DNA of 64,000 bases, taken from contig CASDUJ010000021.1 in NCBI GenBank assembly GCA_949283935.1, positions 107,627-171,626 on the forward strand. Direction: 5' to 3'. Shown here piece after piece: positions 18,854-28,025 of this stretch. The position numbers and the translations under genes are program-made. The notes under the pieces are model-generated. The model ran no database searches. It was not told where the DNA came from and was given only the letters and a program-made list of their open reading frames with translations. Each line of letters starts with the position of its first letter. Position 1 is the first letter of the stretch. Source of the stretch: an uncultured bacterium (GTDB lineage Bacteria > Cyanobacteriota > Vampirovibrionia > Gastranaerophilales > JAILCC01).

Positions 18854-18922
18854 CCTTCTACCTCAATAATTCGCTCGTTTTTCCAAACTAGCATAAACAT
18901 TAAAAAAAAAAAAGACCGCTTA

Positions 18923-19462
18923 TTATTTTATAGTCATAACAAACAAATTTATCAATTCACCTAATTTAGAGGCCTGTCTTTTATATGTGGATATTTTTTG
19001 TTCCAAAATCTTTATATTATTTTTATATTCTTCAATACTGTTAATACAATCTTGAGTAGAATTACCTAAATCTTCTTGAATATATTGTGCTTCAGAAAGA
19101 ACTGATTTCATTGAAATTCCCATTGCTTCAATTGTTTGTCTAATTATTTGCGCCCCTACTTGTCTGCTAACACCTGCAGGAAGTTGATTTATAAGTTTTA
19201 CCAACATCATAACATTGTCGGGTAATTCCAAGTCTGTCATTTCAAATTTTGATTCTTGCTCATCTTGAATTTGAGAAATTGCTGAATTTTTTAAATCAAT
19301 TTTAGGTTCGAATGCGGCCTCAACATTAAATTTAGGTTGTTGCGTAAAATTTTGTGTGTCATCATTACTTAATATTCTTACGTCTTGTTCATCTTGTTTT
19401 AAAGCTTCTACTATCTTTTTTCCAACATATTCAGGAAGCCTTGATTGTCTATCTGAGTTCAT
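18923..19462 (-). CDS. hypothetical protein
   Basis: Start moved to Met-15 (ATG at 19462 preceded by AAGGAG). No motif recognised; helical/coiled C-terminal half. Confidence 0.5.
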   Translation of the reverse strand: MNSDRQSRLPEYVGKKIVEALKQDEQDVRILSNDDTQNFTQQPKFNVEAAFEPKIDLKNSAISQIQDEQESKFEMTDLELPDNVMMLVKLINQLPAGVSRQVGAQIIRQTIEAMGISMKSVLSEAQYIQEDLGNSTQDCINSIEEYKNNIKILEQKISTYKRQASKLGELINLFVMTIK

Positions 19463-19537
19463 CAACTTCTCCTTGATAATTCCATTTTCCAATATTATAT
19501 ACAAAAAATAAAAAAATGTACAAAACCCTTATTTTAC

Positions 19538-20374
19538 TTATTTAGCAGATTTTAATAAATTACAATTTTCATCTCTGTGTTTTTCTTGTTCTTTGTAAAT
19601 TGAAGTTCTTGCAATAACTTCATCAAAATCTACAAGATGACCGTCAAAATCAGGCCCGTCAACGCAGGCAAATTTAGTTTCCCCTCCTACAGTTAATCTG
19701 CAAGCCCCGCACATGCCTGTTCCATCAACCATTATTGGGTTCATGCTAACAATAGTTTTAATTGCTTTGTCTTTAGTTAAATTACAAACTGCTCTCATCA
19801 TTGGCATAGGTCCTACCGCAATGACTAAATCAATTTTTTCTTTATTTATTAATTCTTCAACTACTCCAGTTACAAAACCTTGTCTGCCTAAAGTACCATC
19901 GTCTGTTGTTATAAACAATTCATGGCTTACTTTTTGCATTTTATTTTCCCAAAAAATTAGGTTTTTGTTTCTTGCTCCCATAACCATATAAACCTTGTTT
20001 CCGGCATCTTTAAATGCTTTTGCAATTAAATAGCAAGGAGCTGCCCCGTAGCCTCCTGCTACGCATACAACAGTACCAACTTTTTCAATATGTGTTGGAA
20101 CTCCTAATGGGCCTACAATATCAGGAATTTCATCTCCTACATTAAGAGCTGCCAATTTTTTAGTAGAATACCCTACTGCCATGTAAACTATAGTCAAATG
20201 CCCTTTTTCTTTGTCAACATCTGCTATTGTAAGAGGAACTCTTTCTCCATTTTCTTCTGCTCTAAATATAATAAATTGTCCTGCTTTTGCATTTTTTACA
20301 ACAAAAGGTGCTTCTATTGTTATTTCGTATTGGTTAGGACAAAGTTCTTTTTTTGAAATAATTTTGTAACCCAT
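19538..20374 (-). CDS. PyrK/NfnA-like FAD/NAD(P)-binding oxidoreductase subunit with C-terminal [2Fe-2S] site
   Basis: About 280 aa, with the ferredoxin-NADP reductase-like fold pattern (RVPLTIAD, VAGGYGAAP) and the C-terminal cluster GMCGACR...FACVDGPDF. Confidence 0.75.
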   Translation of the reverse strand: MGYKIISKKELCPNQYEITIEAPFVVKNAKAGQFIIFRAEENGERVPLTIADVDKEKGHLTIVYMAVGYSTKKLAALNVGDEIPDIVGPLGVPTHIEKVGTVVCVAGGYGAAPCYLIAKAFKDAGNKVYMVMGARNKNLIFWENKMQKVSHELFITTDDGTLGRQGFVTGVVEELINKEKIDLVIAVGPMPMMRAVCNLTKDKAIKTIVSMNPIMVDGTGMCGACRLTVGGETKFACVDGPDFDGHLVDFDEVIARTSIYKEQEKHRDENCNLLKSAK

Positions 20375-20561
20375 AATTCCCTCTTTATTTTGTTCAACTC
20401 TCTACAAATTATATTATAAACAAATTTTACTTGCATTATATCGCAAAAATTTTGCACTTTAGAATTTTCTCTTGAATATTTCTTTATTTCTCTTTTATCT
20501 TCTTTTTTTCCGTAGTAACATATAATTATTCGAAGGCAGATTTATAAATTAGGTATTAACA

Positions 20562-22346
20562 ATGAAAAATGAAAAATTAAGAAATATTGCAATTATTGCT
20601 CACGTTGATCATGGAAAGACGACACTTGTTGATTGCATGCTGAAACAAAGTGGTGTGTTTAGAGAAAATGAAGTAGTTCAAGAAAGAGTTTTGGATTGTA
20701 ATGATTTGGAAAGAGAAAGAGGTATTACAATTTTATCTAAAAATGTTGCCATAAACTATAAAGGTTGCAAAATTAATATTGTTGATACTCCTGGACATGC
20801 TGATTTTGGCGGAGAAGTTGAAAGAGTTTTAGGAATGGTTGATGGAGCTTTGTTGATTGTTGATGCTGCAGAAGGCCCAATGCCACAAACAAGATTTGTT
20901 CTTTCAAAAGCTTTAGAATTAGGCATTAGAGTTATTGTTGTAATAAATAAGATTGATAAAACTGCAGCAGAACCTGACAAAACTTTAAATGAAGTTTTTG
21001 ATTTATTTACTGAACTTACTGATGATGAAAAACTTATAGATTTTCCTGTTGTTTATGCTAGTAGTTTACAAGGATTTGCAAAAGCTGAAGTGGATGATGA
21101 AGCAAATGATGTAACTTTTTTACTTGATAGTATTTTGAAATATATTGATGGCCCTGAAATAAAAAATGATAACTTGCAATTTCACGTAACAACATTAGAT
21201 TACAATGAATATGTTGGCAGAATTGCAATTGGTCGTTTAGTAAATGGCACAATACATTCACAAGAAACCGTTACTTTACTTAAGTCTGACGGTAGTATTC
21301 AAAAAGGTAAAATTCTTAAATTATTTGGGTTTGAAGATTTAGGAAGAGTTGAAATAAAAGAAGCTCAGGCTGGTGATATTGTTGCAGTAGCTGGTTTTCC
21401 TGATATACAAATTGGCGAAACTCTTTCTTCATTAGATAATCCTCAAGCATTACCCTTGATAAAAATTGATGAACCTACATTGCAGATGAATTTTTCTGTA
21501 AATGATAGTCCTTTTGCAGGGACTGAGGGGAAATTTGTGACGAGTAGACAAATAAGAAAAAGATTATATCAAGAATTGGAAAAAAATGTTAGTTTACGTG
21601 TTGAAGATACAGAAAATACTGATGTCTTTAAAGTAAGCGGTAGAGGCGAGCTCCATTTGGGTATTTTGATTGAAACAATGCGTAGAGAAGGCTATGAATT
21701 TCAAGTTTCAAAACCTGAGGTTATATACAAAACCATTGATGGTGAACTTTGTGAACCTTTTGAAAATTTACTAATTGATGTTCCTGAAGAATTTACAGGT
21801 AGTTGTATTGATAAACTTGCAAGTAGAAAAGGTGAATTAGTTCAAATGAATGTTGTTGGCAGCAGAACAAATATGAAATTTGTTATTCCAGCAAGGAGTT
21901 TAATTGGTTTTAGGAGTGAATTTATTCGAATGACTCGAGGTGAAGGAATTATGAATCATGTTTTTGAAGGCTATAAGCCTTATTCCGGCGACATGCCAAA
22001 ACATAGGTGTGGTTCTTTGATTGCACATGAAGATGGAGAAGCTATTCCTTATGCTCTTGGACAATTTGAAGATAGAGGAGTTTTCTTTGTTACTCCAAAA
22101 ACCAAAATATACAGAGGAATGATTGTTGGTGAGGCTAATCGTCCTCAAGATATTGTTGTAAATCTTTGTAAAACTAAAAAACTCACAAATATGCGTAGTG
22201 CCACAGCTGATGTGATGGTTACTCTGCAAGCGCCTAGAATTATGTCTCTTGAAGATTGTTTGGAATATATTTCAGATGATGAATTAATGGAAGTTACTCC
22301 TCAAAATATTAGAATGCGCAAAGCTAATCTAAGCAAAATAAGATAA
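20562..22346 (+). CDS. typA: translational GTPase TypA/BipA
   Basis: IRNIAIIAHVDHGKTTLVD, DTPGHADFGGEVER and NKIDK, with about 600 aa TypA-specific C-terminal domains. Confidence 0.9.
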   Translation: MKNEKLRNIAIIAHVDHGKTTLVDCMLKQSGVFRENEVVQERVLDCNDLERERGITILSKNVAINYKGCKINIVDTPGHADFGGEVERVLGMVDGALLIVDAAEGPMPQTRFVLSKALELGIRVIVVINKIDKTAAEPDKTLNEVFDLFTELTDDEKLIDFPVVYASSLQGFAKAEVDDEANDVTFLLDSILKYIDGPEIKNDNLQFHVTTLDYNEYVGRIAIGRLVNGTIHSQETVTLLKSDGSIQKGKILKLFGFEDLGRVEIKEAQAGDIVAVAGFPDIQIGETLSSLDNPQALPLIKIDEPTLQMNFSVNDSPFAGTEGKFVTSRQIRKRLYQELEKNVSLRVEDTENTDVFKVSGRGELHLGILIETMRREGYEFQVSKPEVIYKTIDGELCEPFENLLIDVPEEFTGSCIDKLASRKGELVQMNVVGSRTNMKFVIPARSLIGFRSEFIRMTRGEGIMNHVFEGYKPYSGDMPKHRCGSLIAHEDGEAIPYALGQFEDRGVFFVTPKTKIYRGMIVGEANRPQDIVVNLCKTKKLTNMRSATADVMVTLQAPRIMSLEDCLEYISDDELMEVTPQNIRMRKANLSKIR

Positions 22347-22351
22347 TTTTA

Positions 22352-23935
22352 CTAAATAATTTTGATTCTTCTGTTTGGCTCTTCTCCAATACTTATCCCC
22401 TTAAGACCATGTTGTTCAATGTAATCATGTTGAATTTTTCTGATTTCAATAGATCTTGGAGATAGTTCAACTTCTTCGCCTGTTTCTTTATATTTTATTA
22501 CTCCTTTTTGAGCTTCTTCTAAAGCTTCATCTGTTTCATCGTGAAAAGTAGGATTTTCATCATCAGATTTTACTCCAAGCGCTATTTTTAATGCTTTTTG
22601 AATTTGTGGCATGTTATTTGATTTTACAAAATGAATTGGTAATTTAAATTCTTGTGCTGCTTCAATAATTTTAGAACCACCTTTTGCGTAGCTTTTGTGT
22701 GAAATAACTAAGTCAGCATCATCTATATTTTTAGTTACTTTTGCATTTAAATTAAGTCTTTCTATTGCTTTTTCTACTATGTTTCTTGAAATAGAGTAAA
22801 TGTATATTTTTCTGTATGATTTATTTTCATCAATATATTTCTTTACATTAAAATCTCTGTTTAGTGTACTTGTAAATTCTGGTTCCTTTTTAGTTTCAAC
22901 AGTTGGCTCTGTTGCTTTTTTTTCTTTAGGTATATAACCAATTTTTCTTATTTCAGGTTGTATGGGCCAACCTCTTAATATATAATCTACTGCTGTTGCT
23001 ACATCAGGATAAACTGCAAGAGTTTCTCTATCTACTATTTCTATTACAACATCAAATGTTGGTTGTTTTTCTCTTTCTAAAATTGTTTTTTGTGTTGAAC
23101 GTCTTCTTGCTTCATCATCACCTAATGTAACAGAACTTACTCCACCAACTAAATCAGATAATGTAGGATTTTTTATCAAATTTTCTAGCATGTTTCCGTG
23201 GGCTGTTGCTATTAACATTACTCCACGTTCAGCTATAGTTCTTGCAGCTTGTGCTTCTTCTTCTGTTCCTATTTCGTCAACTACAATTACTTGCGGCGTA
23301 TGGTTTTCAACAGCTTCAATCATTATATCTTTTTGTTTTTCAGGCGAAGCAACTTGCATCCGCCTTGAATTTCCTATTGCTCTATGTGGAATGTCTCCAT
23401 CTCCTGCAATTTCATTTGAGGTATCAACTACTACAACTCGTTTTTTAAGCTCATCTGCTACCATTCTGGAAATTTCTCTTAGTTTTGTAGTTTTGCCAAC
23501 GCCAGGCCTTCCCAAAAATAAAATACTTTTTCCATCTTTAACTATATCTGCTATACAATCTATCGTACCTGTAACTACACGTCCTATGCGAGCTGTTAAG
23601 CCTATAACTTTATTTTTGCGATTTCTTATGGCTGAAATTCTATGCAATGTCCCAGCAACACCAGAACGATTGTCAAGAGTAAAATCTTCTATTCTGCTAG
23701 TTACATAATTAATGTCTTCTTCTAATATTAGATTTTGTGATATGTATTTGATTTCTCCTGAAGAAAAACGTGCTTCAGGCTTTCTACCTAAATCCATTAC
23801 CAATTCTACTAAATCATCCAGTTCTTCTTTTTGTAAATTTTCTGTTATTACTGGTGGCATAACCGCCAATAGTTTATCTAAATCATTGTAGAATGATAAT
23901 TCTCCCATTAGTGCTCTTTCATGCAAGCTATCCAT
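22352..23935 (-). CDS. AAA ATPase (SpoIIIAA/Ycf45-like) with C-terminal R3H nucleic-acid-binding domain
   Basis: Walker A GRPGVGKTT and Walker B VIVVDEIG. The C-terminus LSPRSIEIRKIQHDYIEQHGLKGISIGEEPNRRIKI fits the R3H pattern. Confidence 0.75.
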   Translation of the reverse strand: MDSLHERALMGELSFYNDLDKLLAVMPPVITENLQKEELDDLVELVMDLGRKPEARFSSGEIKYISQNLILEEDINYVTSRIEDFTLDNRSGVAGTLHRISAIRNRKNKVIGLTARIGRVVTGTIDCIADIVKDGKSILFLGRPGVGKTTKLREISRMVADELKKRVVVVDTSNEIAGDGDIPHRAIGNSRRMQVASPEKQKDIMIEAVENHTPQVIVVDEIGTEEEAQAARTIAERGVMLIATAHGNMLENLIKNPTLSDLVGGVSSVTLGDDEARRRSTQKTILEREKQPTFDVVIEIVDRETLAVYPDVATAVDYILRGWPIQPEIRKIGYIPKEKKATEPTVETKKEPEFTSTLNRDFNVKKYIDENKSYRKIYIYSISRNIVEKAIERLNLNAKVTKNIDDADLVISHKSYAKGGSKIIEAAQEFKLPIHFVKSNNMPQIQKALKIALGVKSDDENPTFHDETDEALEEAQKGVIKYKETGEEVELSPRSIEIRKIQHDYIEQHGLKGISIGEEPNRRIKII

Positions 23936-23980
23936 TTATCATTATACACTATCTGTAGCTAGTTTGCATTATCTTAATAA

Positions 23981-24877
23981 TTAAAATGCTGTTTCTTCTG
24001 TTGGACTCACATTAGCTGAATTATTTTGATTTATTTGTGCTTGAGCTTTTTCAAAATGAGATTTTATATAATTTTGTATATGTTGTGGTAAATGCCTAAA
24101 ATCTACGCTATTAAAATCTAAATTGCTTTGGTGTGATTTTACGTAGTCCATTGCTTTTAAAATATCTTCATTTGATAAATTTTTACTTGTCTCATTTATT
24201 TTTTCTAGCGTAACATTCTTTCTTTCTTCCAAAAAATTCATTGATGCAGTCATTTCTGCTATATCTGTTTCACTTAATTCGCCTTTTTCTGCTTTAGCCT
24301 GAAGCTCTGTAAGTCTTTCTTGCGAAATTTCTTTTGCTACAGTTTTTTGAGTGTTTTTTGCATTTATCTGAAAACCTTTATTGTTTTCTGCTATAAAATT
24401 GTCAACATCATTCAAATATTTATCAATTTCTTCTTGGCTAAGTTCGTGATTATTTGCTACTTTATCTTCAATATTTAACATTTCATCTGAAGAGTTTTGG
24501 GGCTCTGTTATGTTGATTTGTGTATCTGATGAAATATTTTGGGGAATATTTGTAGCTGCTTCACTGTTTGTTTGTGTTGTTGATTCTGTATTTCTATAGT
24601 AAATTTGTTGAAATTTATTAATAAAACCTGATATTAGTTCCTTTATTCCAGGTTTATCCTGATAATTTTCGAGATTGTCTACTTTTCCAAACAAAGTTCC
24701 TAGTATGCCGTCTGGAGAATTGTTTGGAATTTGAATTGGATTACTGAAACATTCACGCAATTGTCTTTCTGCTTCGGCAGTTTCACGTCTTTCTTTTTCT
24801 GTTTCCGTAGTTGTGACGTTTGTTGTTTGCTCGTAAATATTATTTTGATAATCTCCTTTTATGCTGGCTGCGCACAT
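23981..24877 (-). CDS. hypothetical acidic, low-complexity protein
   Basis: Start moved to Met-21 (ATG at 24877 preceded by GGAGAG). Thr/Asn/Glu/Gln-rich, with no signal peptide and no motif recognised. Confidence 0.5.
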   Translation of the reverse strand: MCAASIKGDYQNNIYEQTTNVTTTETEKERRETAEAERQLRECFSNPIQIPNNSPDGILGTLFGKVDNLENYQDKPGIKELISGFINKFQQIYYRNTESTTQTNSEAATNIPQNISSDTQINITEPQNSSDEMLNIEDKVANNHELSQEEIDKYLNDVDNFIAENNKGFQINAKNTQKTVAKEISQERLTELQAKAEKGELSETDIAEMTASMNFLEERKNVTLEKINETSKNLSNEDILKAMDYVKSHQSNLDFNSVDFRHLPQHIQNYIKSHFEKAQAQINQNNSANVSPTEETAF

Positions 24878-24959
24878 ATTTCTCTCCAATTTTGTATTGT
24901 ATATTAATAAAAACAAAAATTTAAAAAAAATTGCCAAACATCTATTTTTGATATTTTTT

Positions 24960-25781
24960 CTAGTTTATACGTTCAATTTTAAAAGGTTCTGGCTGAATAA
25001 TTCTTTCGTATTTTACATTAGGATAACCAAATAACATCACATAAGAAATTTTATAATTTCTAGGAAGATTTAATTTCGCTTTTAAAATTGGAAATAATTC
25101 AAAACAAGCTTTTGCAAAACCACACCAAAGAGTCCCAAGTCCCAATGTTTGAGCATATAATTCAAAATAACTTAGGGCTATGATGGGGTCTATATCTGCG
25201 CATGGCGCTTTTTTATTTGTTGATACAATTAGCATATGCGGGGCATTTCTAAATATAACATCTTTTCCTTCCATTATAAGTTTTTTGTAAGAAGAAAATT
25301 TTTTTAAAAATTTGCTGGGAACAAATCTTAAAATTTTTTGCAGTTTTATTATTACGTAATTCTTTATTTTATTCATAGTATTAATGTCTTCTACAAATGA
25401 AAAATGTAAACCTCTGTAGTTGCATCCTGTAGGAGTGTAATTAATTATTTCTTTTAGCTTTTGCATTATTTCTTCGGATATATTTTCTTGTTTATATTGG
25501 CGACAGCTTCTCCTTCCTTGTATTAAATTTTTTATCTCCTCTGCTTTTGTGTTTTGGGTAATTACTATCGAATTTTGGGGATCTTTGCTAAAAATTGATA
25601 ATGCTCCTGTTGGGCAAATTGCCAGACAATGTTGACATTTTAAGCAATTTTTTTCTTTGTTGGTTTTGATTTGTGGAAAATTTTCTTCATTAAATTCTAA
25701 TATTCCTGATATGCAGTCATTTATGCATAATTTGCAGTGAGTACATTTTTCTTTGTCTATTTTTAAATTTATTTCATTCAT
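24960..25781 (-). CDS. nitroreductase-family protein with N-terminal 2x[4Fe-4S] ferredoxin domain
   Basis: CTHCKLCINDC and CLKCQHCLAICP cluster motifs, followed by a nitroreductase-like RRSCRQYK... core. Confidence 0.75.
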   Translation of the reverse strand: MNEINLKIDKEKCTHCKLCINDCISGILEFNEENFPQIKTNKEKNCLKCQHCLAICPTGALSIFSKDPQNSIVITQNTKAEEIKNLIQGRRSCRQYKQENISEEIMQKLKEIINYTPTGCNYRGLHFSFVEDINTMNKIKNYVIIKLQKILRFVPSKFLKKFSSYKKLIMEGKDVIFRNAPHMLIVSTNKKAPCADIDPIIALSYFELYAQTLGLGTLWCGFAKACFELFPILKAKLNLPRNYKISYVMLFGYPNVKYERIIQPEPFKIERIN

Positions 25782-25897
25782 TTTTACCTCTTGTTTTTTT
25801 TGAAGACTTTTCTATTGTATTATAATTAGTATAATTTTTTTATATTCTTTTACAATTTTGTTACCTATAATGAGTTCCTTTAACTGCTAGCTATTTT

Positions 25898-26581
25898 ATG
25901 TTTGAGAAAATTAGATATCGCTTAAAAAAAGAAGCATGTGAAAATTATAGACAATTTAGTACTAATATAATCCCTAATATTAATAATATTTTAGGAGTGA
26001 GAATGCCGACTTTACGTAAAATTGCTAGTGAAATCTATTTTTCGAATAACTGGAGAGAGTACATTCAGACTGTAGATGTTGAATTTATGGAAGAAAATTT
26101 GCTCAAGGCTCTAATCATTGGGCAAATAAATAGTTCTGCTAATACTATATTGCAATATGTGAAAGATTTTATTCCCAGAATTGATAATTGGGCAGTTTGC
26201 GATACTTTTTGTATAACTCTAAAATTTACTAACAAAAACAAAGAACAAGTATGGAAATTTATTCAACCTTATTTTAAGTCACAAAAAGAATTTGAATTGC
26301 GCTTTGCTTTCGTTATGTTTTTGAATTATTTTGTGGACGAAAAATATATTGATTTTATTTTTAATATTTTTGATGAATTTGTAAATGATGCTTATTATGC
26401 TAGAATGGCTGTAGCTTGGGCGTTATCAATCTGTATGATAAATGAACCAAATAAAACTTTTAAATATTTAAAAAAATCAAAATTAGATAATTGGACTTAC
26501 AACAAAGCAATACAAAAATGCTTAGAGTCTTATAGAATTTCTAAAAAACAAAAACTTATTTTAAAAAAAATGAAAAAATAA
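25898..26581 (+). CDS. DNA alkylation repair protein (AlkD-like HEAT-repeat family)
   Basis: Length of about 225 aa and the pattern ...GVRMPTLRKIA...NWAVCDTFC...AYYARMAVAWAL are typical of the family. Confidence 0.7.
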   Translation: MFEKIRYRLKKEACENYRQFSTNIIPNINNILGVRMPTLRKIASEIYFSNNWREYIQTVDVEFMEENLLKALIIGQINSSANTILQYVKDFIPRIDNWAVCDTFCITLKFTNKNKEQVWKFIQPYFKSQKEFELRFAFVMFLNYFVDEKYIDFIFNIFDEFVNDAYYARMAVAWALSICMINEPNKTFKYLKKSKLDNWTYNKAIQKCLESYRISKKQKLILKKMKK

Positions 26582-26668
26582 GACAGAGCAAAAATTATCG
26601 GAATATATAAAATTTTTTGATTTTGCAATAATTATCAATAATTCACTTCTCAGGAGTTCACAATATAT

Positions 26669-26698
26669 AAAAAGAAGAGGCTTACGCTTCTTCTTTTT
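26669..26698. terminator. A/T-flanked hairpin between the alkylation-repair gene and tRNA-His (possible bidirectional terminator)
   Basis: aaaaagaagaggc / ttac / gcttcttcttttt. The stem has a weak GC core and the A-tract and T-tract form part of it. Confidence 0.4.
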
Positions 26699-26699
26699 A

Positions 26700-26776
26700 T
26701 GGGGCGAGTGATGGGGATCGAACCCACGAATACCGGAACCACAATCCGGGGCCTTAACCGCTTGGCGACACTCGCC
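26700..26776 (-). tRNA. tRNA-His (anticodon GTG) with encoded G-1 and encoded 3' CCA
   Basis: The reverse complement folds as a cloverleaf. An 8-bp acceptor includes G-1:C73, the anticodon stem is CCGGA/TCCGG with loop TTGTGGT, the T-arm is GTGGG-TTCGATC-CCCAT, and the 3' end is ...CACTCGC-C-CCA. Confidence 0.9.
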
Positions 26777-26799
26777 ATTTAATATCTGTTTTCATTTCT

Positions 26800-26826
26800 A
26801 TTATATATGAAAAAAATTTTTTTCAA
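26800..26826 (-). promoter_or_regulatory. candidate sigma70-type promoter for tRNA-His
   Basis: On the minus strand, TTGAAA (26826-26821) - 15 nt - TATAAT (26805-26800), about 24 nt upstream of the tRNA 5' end. The spacer is short and the DNA is AT-rich, so this is weak. Confidence 0.3.
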
Positions 26827-26836
26827 ATTATTTATT

Positions 26837-27316
26837 TTACAATAGCTTTTCCTCAGAAGTGAATATTTGGGCGTTGAGAATATTTGCTTTCATTGAAGCA
26901 GAGTGTACTAAGTAGTCCGCTTCTGCTTTGATTGCTTCAAGTAATTCTTCTTCATTATCTGATTGATACCCCAAAAGCATGGCTCCTTCTGTAAGAGTAT
27001 ATGCTTCTTGTATTGACATGCTTTTGCTATCAAGTAGAACTCCGTCTGCTTTTAGAAGTTTTGCAATATCAACCCTATCGTAAATTATTAATAATGAGCC
27101 AAAAATTGCTGTTAGTTCACGTATTTTTTTACCTAATTGTAATTTTTTTTTAGTGTTATTTCCGCAAAACCTAATTTCTATAATATCAGTACCGTTTTTT
27201 AAAATTTCTGCAAGCTTATCTAAAAAATCATTTTCCTCAATATCTTCTTCTGATGTTTTTAACAAGATGTATTTGCTTCGTTTGTTCAACAAATATTTGT
27301 TTAAATTTGATTTCAT
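26837..27316 (-). CDS. truncated thiamine-phosphate synthase (ThiE/TenI)-like protein
   Basis: GTDIIEIRFCG, SLLIIYDRVDIAKLLKADGVLL and MLLGYQS..EEELLEAIKAEADYL align by eye to the first two thirds of ThiE/TenI. At 159 aa the C-terminal phosphate-binding part is absent. Confidence 0.45.
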   Translation of the reverse strand: MKSNLNKYLLNKRSKYILLKTSEEDIEENDFLDKLAEILKNGTDIIEIRFCGNNTKKKLQLGKKIRELTAIFGSLLIIYDRVDIAKLLKADGVLLDSKSMSIQEAYTLTEGAMLLGYQSDNEEELLEAIKAEADYLVHSASMKANILNAQIFTSEEKLL

Positions 27317-27418
27317 TTCTAATTTCCTTTTTTGCTAACTTAGATTAGCCCGAGAGATTATGCAAAAATCTCCTTGAAAATTATATAACAAAAAGAGATA
27401 TTTATAAGGTTAACTGTA

Positions 27419-28012
27419 TTGGCAAATTATAGAAAAAAAACTTTAATCGAATTAATTAACTTGGCTCAAAATAATGATAATAAAGCTCTTGATGAAATAG
27501 TAAGAAGATATCAAAGTAAAATTTATAATGCTTTTTTGTCTTTAAATCCTTCATCAGATTTGTCTGATTTGACTCAAGAAGCTTTGATGAAAATGAGTAA
27601 ATCTATAAAAAAATTAAAAGAACCTTCTCGTTTTCACTCTTGGCTTCAGCAAATTATTAATAATTTATTTCGTGATTCTTTGCGTAAAAAAAATCGAAGA
27701 AAAGAAATTTCAATTGAAAATCCAATAACTGCTTTTGCTTTTGAAAATGAAAAAGTATTAGGTCCTTGTATAATTGATGAACATAAAACACCGGATGAAA
27801 ATACTTTATCTTGTGAGTTAAAATCAAAAATTAATAAAGCTATTGATGACTTGCCTCCGTTATTTAAAACAATAATACTTTTAAGAGAAATGGAAGGGCT
27901 TTCTTATGATGAAATTGCAAAACTTACAAAATTGAATATTGGTACGGTTAAATCAAGAATTGCGAGAGCAAGAATTAAACTTAAAAAGGAACTTGAAGCT
28001 TATTTGAAATGA
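27419..28012 (+). CDS. ECF-type RNA polymerase sigma-70 family factor
   Basis: Region 2 (IYNAFLSL...DLTQEALMK...F.SWL..I..N...D) and the region 4 HTH (EGLSYDEIAKLTKLNIGTVKSRIARAR). TTG start with an upstream AAGG. Confidence 0.8.
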   Translation: MANYRKKTLIELINLAQNNDNKALDEIVRRYQSKIYNAFLSLNPSSDLSDLTQEALMKMSKSIKKLKEPSRFHSWLQQIINNLFRDSLRKKNRRKEISIENPITAFAFENEKVLGPCIIDEHKTPDENTLSCELKSKINKAIDDLPPLFKTIILLREMEGLSYDEIAKLTKLNIGTVKSRIARARIKLKKELEAYLK

Positions 28013-28025
28013 TTTTGGAGTATCT

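Noticed and set aside
18854-18922. Glycine riboswitch upstream of the alanine/glycine symporter (also looked for before gcvT at 9830-9840)
   Set aside because: Neither leader contains the GGAGAG...CACCG...CUCUGGAGAG-type core. The gcvT leader is only 11 nt long.
23190-23708. Antisense shadow ORFs inside well-supported genes (23190-23708, 10414-10806, 14747-15112, 15278-15625, 35831-36289, 44209-44631, 58121-58516, 59857-60351, 63471-63851 and similar)
   Set aside because: Each lies opposite a gene with strong family motifs. Their translations are Ser/Phe/Ile/Leu-rich, as expected for the reverse frame of AT-rich coding DNA, and none has a convincing RBS.
27317-27418. TPP riboswitch upstream of the ThiE-like gene
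   Set aside because: There is no CUGAGA / ACCUGAUCUGGAUAAUGCCAGCG-like elements on the minus strand of this leader.
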